A stretch of 64,000 nucleotides of DNA from Porphyridium purpureum (lineage: Eukaryota). Location: positions 62,001 through 126,000 of the forward strand of contig VRMN01000001.1 of assembly GCA_008690995.1 (NCBI GenBank), given 5' to 3'. Under the pieces are notes generated by a model, which saw only the letters and a program-made list of their open reading frames with translations, did not search any database and had not been told where the DNA came from. The translations under genes and the position numbers were made by a program. Below are positions 33,823-46,431 of the stretch, piece by piece. Position 1 is the stretch's first letter, and each line of letters starts with the position of its first letter.

Positions 33823-34743
33823 AGCACCGTGCAGAATGATTCTGCCCTTCACTTTCTCGACAAGCCGGACGACCTGCCCGCTCCAAGTTTCCTGTTCTGG
33901 GCGCCTGCCCTGTATCAACCTGTCTGTCTGGCTGTGTGTCTCTTCTCCTTCCTGCGCAGACCACCGCTGGACGCCTTCCCGTGGTCGCACGACCGCCGGC
34001 CCACTCACGTTCAGGCCAACGCTGACGTATAAATATCAGCCAGCGCAACGCAGCGTAAATTATCGTGGCGTCACTGGGGCCTCCCAAAGCCGCATTTGGC
34101 GGTGCCCATCATTACACCGCACCTCGGACCACCCGAGAGACTGACAGCCGACATCCGCACCATACGCATGCGCCGCACGTCGCGCGCCGCGTTTCCGCAT
34201 CCGCCCGTCTCTCTTTTTACACGCGCGCCGAGTCGTCGCCCCTCTCACACCTTGCGCTGCGCCTCCCCACGCTCCGACCTGCCGCACTTTCCCGCGCCGC
34301 ACCGAACCCACACAGTGCAGCTGTACACCCACACATCACAAACCCTCAATCTAACCGGCCCGCCTGGCGCGCCCACTCACACCGAGGGTTCACACCCGCG
34401 TTAAAAAAGGGGTCTGTAAAATAATTAATAAAAGCCAATAAAATAATATTCATTACAAAACGCCGGGTCAGATTTTCAGGGCTTCCGCGCTGGATTCCAC
34501 GTTTTCCGGGCTGCGATTCGAACGAGCGCGCGTGAGTGTATATGAAAGCGCGCTGATTTGATAGAAGGTCCGGACCAGGCGCCACGCGGGCTAGAAAGAG
34601 AAGGGAGCAAAAAAATCTGATTCGAAAGGGGGAAGCAAGGCGAGTACCCGAGTGGAGGTGAGAAGGAAGAGGAGAGGTGGTGGAGGAGGAGTGTTGTAAG
34701 GGTGGCGGGGAAGAGATAGGCGCTTGCGTGGGGATCCAGGATC

Positions 34744-35238
34744 ATGGCGAATCCCAGGTGCTTTTTTGATATCACGATTGGCGGGCAGCCCGCGGGGCGC
34801 ATCGTGATGGAGCTGCGCGCCGACGTGGTGCCCAAGACCGCGGAGAACTTTCGCGCGCTGTGCACGGGCGAGAAGGGCTTTGGGTTCAAGGGATCGAGCT
34901 TCCACCGCGTGATTCCGGGCTTCATGTGCCAGGGCGGCGACTTTACTAACCACAACGGCACCGGCGGCAAGTCGATCTACGGCGAGAAGTTTGCCGACGA
35001 GAACTTCAAGCTGAAGCACACCGGGCCGGGCATCTTGTCCATGGCGAACGCCGGGCCCAACACAAACGGCTCGCAGTTCTTCCTGTGCACGGCGACGACG
35101 TCGTGGCTGGACGGCAAGCACGTGGTGTTCGGCCTCGTCGTCGAAGGCATGGACGTGGTGCAGAAGGTCGAGGCGGTCGGCTCGCAGTCTGGCAAGACGC
35201 GCAGCCCCGTCATGGTCGCGGACTGCGGCCAGTGCTAA
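34744..35238 (+). CDS. CYP: Cytosolic cyclophilin A-type peptidyl-prolyl isomerase
   Basis: [48 protein letters not shown] and [10 protein letters not shown]. Strong GC3 bias. Confidence 0.98.
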   Translation: MANPRCFFDITIGGQPAGRIVMELRADVVPKTAENFRALCTGEKGFGFKGSSFHRVIPGFMCQGGDFTNHNGTGGKSIYGEKFADENFKLKHTGPGILSMANAGPNTNGSQFFLCTATTSWLDGKHVVFGLVVEGMDVVQKVEAVGSQSGKTRSPVMVADCGQC

Positions 35239-35523
35239 CCGTGCCCCCAGCCACGTGCACATACCGCCCTTGCCGTGCGGCAGCGCGGCAATCACCTCGA
35301 GCACGCGACTGCGACAGCCGATCTGCGTGATCCGCGTGATCTGCACCGCGCGCGAGGCGTCGACCCGAGGTGCTTCTCGCCGCTTCCGCGCGGTTTGTAG
35401 TTCAGTCTGGATCCATCCGCTTGTTCTGTCGTCCCGTGGGTTACCCCTTTTCTTTTTAATAAACGCACGCCTGCGCGCGCCTCTTTTTTGAAGAGTCGGT
35501 CGGCTCATGACCGCGAGATCGCG

Positions 35524-35618
35524 GTGTACTCCGTGTAAACCCCCAGTGTACTCCCAGTGTACTCCCTGTGTACTCCCAGTGTACTCCCACTGTACTCCCA
35601 CTGTACTCCCAGTGTACC
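35524..35618. repeat. 11-bp minisatellite (CAGTGTACTCC), about 7-9 copies
   Basis: cagtgtactcc cagtgtactcc ctgtgtactcc cagtgtactcc cactgtactcc cactgtactcc cagtgtacc, plus eroded flanking units. Confidence 0.9.
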
Positions 35619-35771
35619 GCGGGGTGTACGGCTGCGCGGGCCGAATGGAAGCGCCTAGAACCGCGCCGCGCGCGATGGACGTGCGTGCGAGTGGAATGGG
35701 CGCGTTTAGATAGGGCGCGGCAGCACATGCGGTGCGCGGCCGGTGCGGCAGGGCGGAGATAGAGCTGGTGA

Positions 35772-37646
<1,875 letters not shown>

Positions 37647-37958
37647 ACAGGCAGGAAGAAACGAAAGAAGAAGAAGAAAAAAAAAACACACACACACACA
37701 AACAAGAAAGAAAAACCACCCAAAAAGAAAGCAAGGAGCGGCGGTCGAGCGCCTATCGTGTCAGGCAGAATGAATTCCAATTTTGATTCCCCTCCGAGGC
37801 GGACGTTCTAAACGCTTATCTGTGCCGAGCGCGGGATGCCGGCCTTTAAACGCCGTCCGTCCCGATACAGTTTGGCTTTTCAGAGATAGAGAATTTAAAT
37901 ATGCGACTCGCATGTTGGCTGTCGATTCTTTTCCTTCTTTTTTTTTTTTTTTTTTTTT

Positions 37959-39650
37959 TCACACGCAAGTACATGACTCGACGAGCGCAATGAGCTCGGC
38001 GTTCGCTTGTACCATCACCGTACTCTTTATTCGGCGTAGCTGCCGCTCGCTTCCGAGCACATTTGTGTGTTTCAAGAGCGCTCGAACCACGCTCGGATCG
38101 CGCGCCGAGCAGAATGCATGCGCCAACGGTGTCCAGCCTTCGTGGTCGACCAGGTTGGGGTCTGCATCAAATTGAACAAGGTGCGAAATCAGCGCGGAGC
38201 AGTTTGGGAGCTGCGCACAGACATGCAGCGGAAACAGGCCGTGATGGTCACTCACATTCGCATCCATGTGCACGGTCTCCAGCAAAAAGCGGCAAAAGTC
38301 AGCCTGCAGATTCCGACAAGCAATATGAAGCGCGTTCTGGCCCATGAGGTCCTGCCGCTCCGTGTCTGCTCCGCGCTCACACAGCATCGCGCCAATCTGC
38401 ACCAGCCCGTAGCTCGCCGCCTCCATCAAGGGCGTGCGACCGTGTAACTCTTCTGCGTCAATCTGAGCTCCGAATCTGAGCAGCAGATCCACTTTCTGCA
38501 GGCTACGGGCTCGCACTGCAGCATGAAGTGCGCATCGGCTAAAGTCACTGCACGAGGCAGCATTCGCATCCCCGCCTCGCTCCAACAGCCAACGCAACGT
38601 AGCCGGCTCGGAAAACAGCGCCGCAAGGTACTCGAGCGACGCATCAAAAAGACCGACTGACGCAACCGAGCTGACCGAGGGTGTGAAGTGCACCGGGCGC
38701 GTTTGCTCCTTTTCACGCGACAACAATGTCGTGCGAAAGAGGCTCACGTCTTTGACGCCATCCGCCTCCTTGCTCGTTTGCTGGTGCGCCTCGTAGTGCA
38801 TTTTGAGAATATCTACGAGGTTGTGAATGACACACTGCCGCAAAGATAATTCACGAAACGCCCGTTCCTTCAGTAGCGCACATCCCCATTCCGTGTACGA
38901 CGACCTGCAGCAGACTGCCAGCTCCAGCAGCGACGGTGTGTCCAAATACGTCGCCACTTTTTCGAAAACGTCAACAGGGAAGAGGTATGAAGGGCTGACC
39001 TCAATCGGTTTCTCTGAGCCCTCACTTACCGCGCGTGACTGGACATCCGCCGGGTCTCTCCGTGACCGAGCGTCTGCGACACGGCCGTTGAGGCCACCTT
39101 TCACCCTGGTGTGCCCATTCGTGCGCCAAACACTTCTGATTAGAGAACGCGAGAAACAAATCGATAGCGTTAACGCCAGAACAGCAAAGAGGATGGACAA
39201 AACACAAGCTACGGTCCCATCATTTGCGGCCGAGGTTGAACCAGACCCGTCACTGAGGTGCGCTTCTTTGCCAAGCAGAAGCCTATGCCACGCCGTGTTC
39301 ATCAACGGCACCACGCTCAAGCTGCGACAGAGACATTTCCCAGCTGCGGCGAACGTGGGCAGCGAAGGCAACTGGTTCATGACGGCTCTCTCGCCGCTTT
39401 CCCCAGCTTCCGCTACTGTAAATCCCACACGAATGAAGGCCCACTCCTTGCTCAAGCCCAATCCTACCAGGCGAGGGCGAGAGAGAGAGGAGCCAGCAAA
39501 CAGTTCCTGACGACACAAATGCCACTCTTTGGACTTGAAACTTCCTCCGCACACAATCACATTGCCTTTCTCCAATATCGTTATGACCGGCGCCTCGACG
39601 CCAGGTGCCACTTCCAAAGGATGCCGCACCGTCGATGCGGCCATACGCAA
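37959..39650 (-). CDS. F-box plus ankyrin-repeat protein with N-terminal TM helix
   Basis: TM VACVLSILFAVLALTLSICF, F-box LFPVDVFEKVATYLDTPSLLELAVCCR, and about 6 ankyrin repeats (GRTPLMEAA, GQNALHIAC, GWTPLAHA). Start uncertain. Confidence 0.85.
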   Translation of the reverse strand: MRMAASTVRHPLEVAPGVEAPVITILEKGNVIVCGGSFKSKEWHLCRQELFAGSSLSRPRLVGLGLSKEWAFIRVGFTVAEAGESGERAVMNQLPSLPTFAAAGKCLCRSLSVVPLMNTAWHRLLLGKEAHLSDGSGSTSAANDGTVACVLSILFAVLALTLSICFSRSLIRSVWRTNGHTRVKGGLNGRVADARSRRDPADVQSRAVSEGSEKPIEVSPSYLFPVDVFEKVATYLDTPSLLELAVCCRSSYTEWGCALLKERAFRELSLRQCVIHNLVDILKMHYEAHQQTSKEADGVKDVSLFRTTLLSREKEQTRPVHFTPSVSSVASVGLFDASLEYLAALFSEPATLRWLLERGGDANAASCSDFSRCALHAAVRARSLQKVDLLLRFGAQIDAEELHGRTPLMEAASYGLVQIGAMLCERGADTERQDLMGQNALHIACRNLQADFCRFLLETVHMDANVSDHHGLFPLHVCAQLPNCSALISHLVQFDADPNLVDHEGWTPLAHAFCSARDPSVVRALLKHTNVLGSERQLRRIKSTVMVQANAELIALVESCTCV

Positions 39651-40699
39651 GCACCCGTTGACGCGCGCAACAATATTTCTGCGGGAAGAGCCTCGGCATC
39701 CGCCACGACCGACTCTTTGACTCGAGCTGCTACTAGAAGACCCGCGTTTTCGAACGATGCCGGTTTTGAGTTTTCTATGCGGGAGAGGTCATGTTGTCTA
39801 GAATTCGTGACTAATCATCTTCACCCAGAGAAAGAGCGGGCGAATTGGACATTCGGCGATTTGCTAAGGAATCGATCACCGCATTCTCTATTGGAACTTT
39901 CTCGTGCTTATCTTGGGTCCGCGCTCAGTTCGTTTTTCGGGGACCTTCTTTTGCGAGTAACGGATGCAGTTTTGACAACAAAGAGCGATGGCCTTGAATG
40001 CGCCCCAAATTTTCAGACTCCCCGAACACAAGCGAACAACGCGGTCGTCACGTAAGACCAGACATCCTTGAAACATAGCTCGCAACCACAGCCGAGCGAG
40101 AGTCTTGCTGCGGAGACTCAAAATGGTTGCACAATTTTATAGAATACTGCTCTTACAACTTTAGAAGGATACTCCTACGTCGACAAGCTTGATCTGGACG
40201 CGCAAGTGAGTGTTGTGTCCGACGGCTTGCTCCCAGTCGCCGTGGTACGCATTTCTGGAGGTACGCTACTATGCGACCTCGAGCATGAACGCCGGCGTAG
40301 AATGACACGAAGTAGCATGCAGTCCATGCACTCATTATTTCAGGACTTGAGGATCCACCAGCGTGAGCACTATTCAACCTGACTCACGGTCACCAAAGCG
40401 AGCACAAAAAGGAGCCATGAAGGTCCATACGCAAGGCTTCGCTCGGTAAGCAGACGAGGGAGAGATCAGGGCTGAGGGATACAGGGTATGAATGTCGATT
40501 TGTCTAAACTGCTTTTCTTTTCCTGGTTCTGCAGTGGCAGTGGCGCAAACGACTAGTTGCCGGATGGTTCAGTTCTCTGCCGGCCAGCGCGTGTGCGAGA
40601 TCAGCTCGCTCACAAACTTTCCGTAGAAGCAATCGCTTTGCCCATCTTTTCAGCCTCTTGTCTTACATTTCTACATGCCGGCTCAAGATCACAGAAATT

Positions 40700-43600
40700 C
40701 GTTCCACAATGTGAAGCTGCCGAAACACGCTCTCAATGTTACGCTTTCTCAGCCCAAATCAAACGCAGAGAGCGGCATCGAGTGCAGTGATCAAAAGCAC
40801 GTTTACGCCGGTTCCATAGTACTGGATCTTTGCGTGTGACTGCCACGAGCATCGCATCGTAGTTTACCTTCCAAAACGAACATCTTGCGCTTCTTCCCAG
40901 CCACAAGAGCATGCGCCACGCACACGGGATGTGCTGCACATTGTGCTGAAGCTGCTTGCATTCGCAATTGCAACGCGTGAGATAGGCTGGATGAGCGCGA
41001 CTGATCGTGGGATTGAATCGCGTTGGATGAGAACGATATCGTTTTGGCTGGGAGGGTCTTTTTGGCAACGAGAGTGCCGACGCAGTGACGTTTCGTGATA
41101 CGTGGTCAAATGTTCGGATAAGCAAGGAAACATTCAATGGGAAGAAATTTCGCACCAGTCCATGACTTGATGCATTGAAGATCTCCCTCCCAACATGTTC
41201 AACTATGCGGTGTTGAAGCATTTTCTTCGCTGATTCACGGCGCTTTTGTTCGGTATGCATGTCACTGAATCCCTACATTTTGCTTTCGCTCTTTTGCTTT
41301 GAGTGCCTGGAAGATAAATAGGTTAAGCATCAGAATTTACTGCAATTATGAATACATGCGTGGCCAGGACCCTTCACACCAGACAGCAGATACGCACAAC
41401 GCTGCCACTGATCGAAAAAATGCTTTTCAAACCCGCCCTGTGTGATGATTTTGGACCAGGCAAATCTCAGGACTTTGGTCGTCATGGCTTCAGTATCCAG
41501 CGAGTTCTTCAGCAACAGTTTGGCAAAAGGACACGAATTCAAAGCAATGCAAATTTCAAAGGCGCGCCCGAGTGGTCGCTATGCCTGAGTAAGAGGTCAA
41601 GGCACGAGCGCAAAGTGTCAATCATTTGTGGCATGTGCGAATATAAAAGATGGCATCCGTCGAGTGCTTTAGTCCAAAGTAGAGTGCTAACGTTATAAAA
41701 GAAATCAGCAAAAATAAGATTTGCAAGGTAAGAGAGTTTGGGCTGAAACTTATCGTTGTCCAACTCTTCTTGCAATCGGAGCTTTACGACGGGATGAACG
41801 GTCCATCGCGACCGCAAATTCGTCCAGCAGCAAAAAAAGAGCTCCAAACTTTGGCAGCGTCGCGGTCAAAGATTCGCAATCCCTTTGGACAAGCATTTCT
41901 CTGGAAGAAACGGCGGCGAATTATCGCGAAAATTTGTGCGTTCGCTGATCGGCATTCACCATTTCCAACACCATTTAATCTTGTGCACAAATCCCGGGCT
42001 CCAATTTCAAGAACGTCGCATAAATAAAAGCTGCTTGGACTTAGGTCCTCATAATTTCCGCGTTTGATCGTCAATCTGAATAGTTCTCTTTCTGCTTGGA
42101 AAAGCCGGAGGGGCTTGATAGAGTGCTAGACGATGCGATTTTCACGATGCTTGACGCGCGTCTCGAACAAGAATACGTTGAATGAGACTGCGCTACCTAA
42201 ATGTGTGCACAAATTCAGCAGGCCACGAGTTCCGAGCGCATTCAGAATTCAGCAAGCGATGTAGCTCTTTCATGCACGGACTTTGCAATGGCTTAGATAT
42301 GATGGGGAGCCGGCTTTCTGACAGTTTATTTGTGCGAATAGTGTCGGCAATGAAGGCAAGAGGCATTCATCCGAATCGCCGAAATAGTTTGAAACATTCG
42401 ATTTTATTCTGGAGCAGCGTCGTAGCGAAGCGGTCAAGGCGCACATTGCTTTTGAAGCGGAAGAACGTGAAAATCTTTCTTAGAGCGGAACGCGCACACT
42501 GAACAGTACGACCAGTATTATCACTCCTGAAAGCTAGAAACTTTGGGGAGCAGATGAAACCTCCACATTATTATTTGCCGTTGTGGAATCCATAGAAGCA
42601 CATGTCGCAAAGAAACGATGCCTGCCGCACATCTCCTCGCCCGCCGCTATTGAGCAAATACTTTCCAGCCCAATCCCAAAAATCTTCGAATGAATTCAAA
42701 GACCCCGCGGTTCTTTCCTTACGCTTACGTTGTTACCAATGCTTGGAGATCAACCATGCATTCAAATTATCCCTGGAACGAAGCAACAGGCAGCGAGGTT
42801 GCTTCCACTGCTTGATCTTTGAAAGGCACAAAAACGGATCTGGCCACCTGAGAGGGATGCTGAATATTTGAGGACAGTGTCCTGTCTCTCTGCATGCATT
42901 GTATAAGTTCTTCTGTCATGTATAGCATTGAACATATCTGTCAACATATGTTTTTGTCCTATCAGTTCTTCTGACTCTGTCGGCGAGCTAGCAGCACTGT
43001 AAATATGTATTGAAGAAAAGCGCACGCATGGCCTATCGTATGTGCAACGCCGTGATGAATTTAGCTCGATTATGTGTCTCCGCGCGTCATATGCCCAGTG
43101 AACACAATTGCAGCAGCTTCGAACGAAGCCATATATTCTCTGTTTCTATCGCATACACACTCCTGTACCATTACCTCTTATTATCCTGGATGCTCTGCGG
43201 AAGCTCTTTAGCCTTTTTCCTCTCATGTAGCGACGTGATGCTGTCATTCAAGCCGCTCAAACGTACCCGAGTCCGATATTTTCCGCATAGTTACGCATGC
43301 AGTTCTTCTATGGCAAGCCCTTGAAGTTGTGATTTACGGTTCGCCTTGAAGGCATTGATGACGGTCATCTTGCCAACCGCACTTATCATTGTGACGCGTG
43401 GCGCGCGTTCCGCAGCACATGCACGACCAGGTCCACAAAGTCGAACGACCGGTCGCCGTGTTACGTTTCGCTCGCCAAGTCTCCGAGCCGCATGCAGATA
43501 ATACTGTGCAATGTCTCTGAGAGGAAAATTGATTCTTGGCGAGTATGGCACAGAGTATTCGCAAAGCATTCGAGATGGGGCACTGCACACCATTCTGAGG

Positions 43601-44300
43601 GCAATTTATCGTGTGAGTGCAGAGCATTTATGCGATATTTCGAAAAATGCTGAATGCATGTGGGCGCTCCGCGCAAGATTCGTTCTCCAGGGCTCATTTG
43701 GGTCGAGTGTGGTCTTGAGGGCGCTTTGCGCACAAATCTGATTGCGTGAATTAGCCTTTTTGCGCAGAATGGTAGAAAAAGATGTGAAGGAGGATGCGCA
43801 TTGGAAGGTCGTTACAGAATTCAAGGAATAACAAGTTAAGGGCACAAGAACTATCGGCAAAGAAGTCTTTACTTTTCTCCATACCGGCATACTTCCCCAG
43901 CTGAAAGATTCCAAACATAGACTTCGCTTCATGTAATCGGTGGTTGCGTGCGGTTGACTTTCGAATGAATACATCAACAAAGCCGCATAGCTCAAGGGTG
44001 TAGCTATATGTGATAGTACACTACTAAATAATTCCAACGACTGGTCCACATTGTGTGTAGTCTGAATCGTGGATGAATTCATCAGCCATTTCCTTCACAG
44101 AGAACCACGTGACTACAAGCTATGAAAAAGAAATATTACATCGCTTGTTTACAACGGCTGTCAAGGAATTCGCGGCCTAAAAAGGATGTTGGACAGTGCG
44201 TCAATGGGCAATTTTGCGGATGCCGGCGGTAAACTGTGCACACGGAAATGCGAATCCATCAAAAATCGAAGAAGGATTCGGTTTGAAGCCATTTAGCGGA
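40700..44300 (-). mobile_element. AT-richer, ORF-broken tract, possibly a decayed DNA transposon (hAT-like)
   Basis: Visibly lower GC with only fragmentary ORFs. Faint hAT-like pieces (LRSRW, STLLWTKALDG, LVRNFFPLNVS). No TIR found. Confidence 0.25.
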
Positions 44301-45199
44301 ATGTTGGAACTTTAGATAAAGAGGTTGGGCCCATTCTGAAAATTTGAGAGTCCAGGAGGAGCATGAGATTCATTGCGGTCCAAAAGTATGCGCTCCACAA
44401 TTGTAGCGCCCTGCAATATGCTTGCTTCAGACGCGTACGGTCTAACTTGTGGCAGTTTCATTGCGTAAAAGCTGATGGAAGAAGAGAAGACTTAGAACTA
44501 CAAAAATGGCAAGCTTCAGACCATCCAAAAGGTCAGCCAGCTCTAAGCTTCATTACATTTTTTTGCGTGATCCTGATCACATGATTTACGTTTTTGGGAG
44601 TTCAATTAGCCTGATGCCTATCTACGGCAAAACTATGACTTCGTCGCCTCGACATGCATTCGCAATCTCGAATTACTTGACTGGGCTGGAGGCCATCAGT
44701 TGGAATATGCGAATTGGGCCTTCCTTGTGATTCGTGACGAGATGGCCCAGTCACACTTGAGCGTGTAATCATCTCAGAGCGCGCTGCAATCCTTTTTTGC
44801 GACGCCATATTTGAAGTCGGGGGTAGAGTGAAGTACACAGACGAGGTTGAGCAACAGACGATCTTGAATAGAGTTATGTATTCACTAGAATTCAATCAAA
44901 TGTCGCCACTCTTTTTTTTTGGCTTTAACAAACCAAGAATGACCTGTGGACTAAGCGCTTATACACATACGAAAATCTGGGTTTGCGCGCCGGCATAACT
45001 CTCACCATCAGACACTGCTTGCGGTTGGCGAAATATCAGCCACAAGCAAGGCAAACGCTTGTTGCATTTGCCAGCATAGAGACTTCTAGAAGCCTCTCGC
45101 ATACGTAAACCTTATGCGCTCTTTGCACCTCTTCCGCCGAACTTCTCGGCTGCATCTCCTGAAATCTCTCTATTCTTCAACAATGCTGACCACCGGAGT

Positions 45200-45500
45200 A
45201 ATACATGAAACGGTTTGTTCGCGTAGAAATCGTTCGAGACGATTGGTCGCGAGGCGCCGGTGGCAGTGTGCAAATGGTTTTCGACGCCACGCTCGCGAAA
45301 GGAAATCTTGACCATATTTACACTAAAATAACCTTTGCGGCTCCACGATACATATCCATACTTCGAGATAATGGCACGATGAACCAATATTGTCGAATGG
45401 TAGGCTCCGACACTGATGCTATATCCATGCAGCATGTGCGTTTCTGTGATTACAACTTGGACTTGGTGCACCTGAGGTGCGAAGCGGATTGGAAACAGCT
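45200..45500 (+). pseudogene. Third, highly eroded fragment of the Tc1-like transposase
   Basis: GAGGSVQMVFDA...FAAPRYISILRDNGTMNQYCRMVG aligns by eye with GGGRCTVWCA...FAAANCVSMLQNDGLLDRCRQMVD of copy 2. Confidence 0.6.
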
Positions 45501-46431
45501 CTTTTGTCTGTGTCACCCCAGACGAGAGAGACCTGCAACACGACATTATAGCTTCGTTCGCGCGGAGTCCATGTCAATTTCTTGTACATTCACTGCTTCT
45601 TTCTCCTTTTCACACTCACCCACCAAGTGCAAAATACAGCACGCCGCGCGTTGCGTAAAGTTTCATGCCTTGGTCAAAGAAAGAGAAGAGAACAAAGTGG
45701 ATGAAGAAAGTTTTTGTCCCTCTGGATGACCGAGTTCAACGTTTACCGATGTTGCAGCTTATCCTCCTTTGAAACACAAAGGAAATATGTCTTTTGGTCC
45801 CCATCATCGTCCCTCTGAGCAGTCCGTTGGGCAGCAGGCGACCAAACAGGTACCCGATGCCCACAAGTCGCCTGCTGAGGACCTTGAATGATGAAAGTTT
45901 CCAGATTTTCAGACTAGCCAGTACATTCGACGGGCCTCACTGTCATTGTCAGCTTCTTCGGATACCTGCGCGCAGGGCTCATGAGGTTACGAGGCAGCTT
46001 CAATCTCTTTCCGAGCTCATAAAAGCCGTTAGCCTGGCGTCGAAGAATTTTGACCCGCCAGTTCTATCCACTTTGTGCACGTCTGTGCTAGGACGCACAT
46101 TCAAGGGGCCTATCTGCAAGGAAGAAGCGATCGAGCTTAGCGACCTGAGGCCTAGGGATGGCCAGCAATATGCCGCGTCCTAATCTCTTTTATTCTCCCG
46201 GCTCTCGCCCTCTTCACCAAGATAGCTGCATCTTTTTGTATAGTAAAACGCTTCACTTTACTAAGAAAACATGAAATTTGGGGTGCCATGTGCTATCCGT
46301 TTGGGTCACACATGTTTGTCATTCGCCTCAAAGGACTAAGATGCCGAATAGAGGGAGCGTGGTGTTGTTTGTCTTGATGGTGAGAGTGACAGCAGCGGCG
46401 CCGGTAGCCATGCTTTAGCATTTATTCCTCC

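Noticed and set aside
33035..34144. 369-aa plus-strand ORF
   Set aside because: Antisense shadow of the 2OG-Fe(II) oxygenase.
34480..34540. B-box-like GTTCGAATC on the minus strand suggesting a tRNA
   Set aside because: No cloverleaf stems or A-box could be built around it.
35524..35618. Possible CRISPR-like array
   Set aside because: Head-to-tail 11-bp units without spacers, no cas genes, eukaryotic context.
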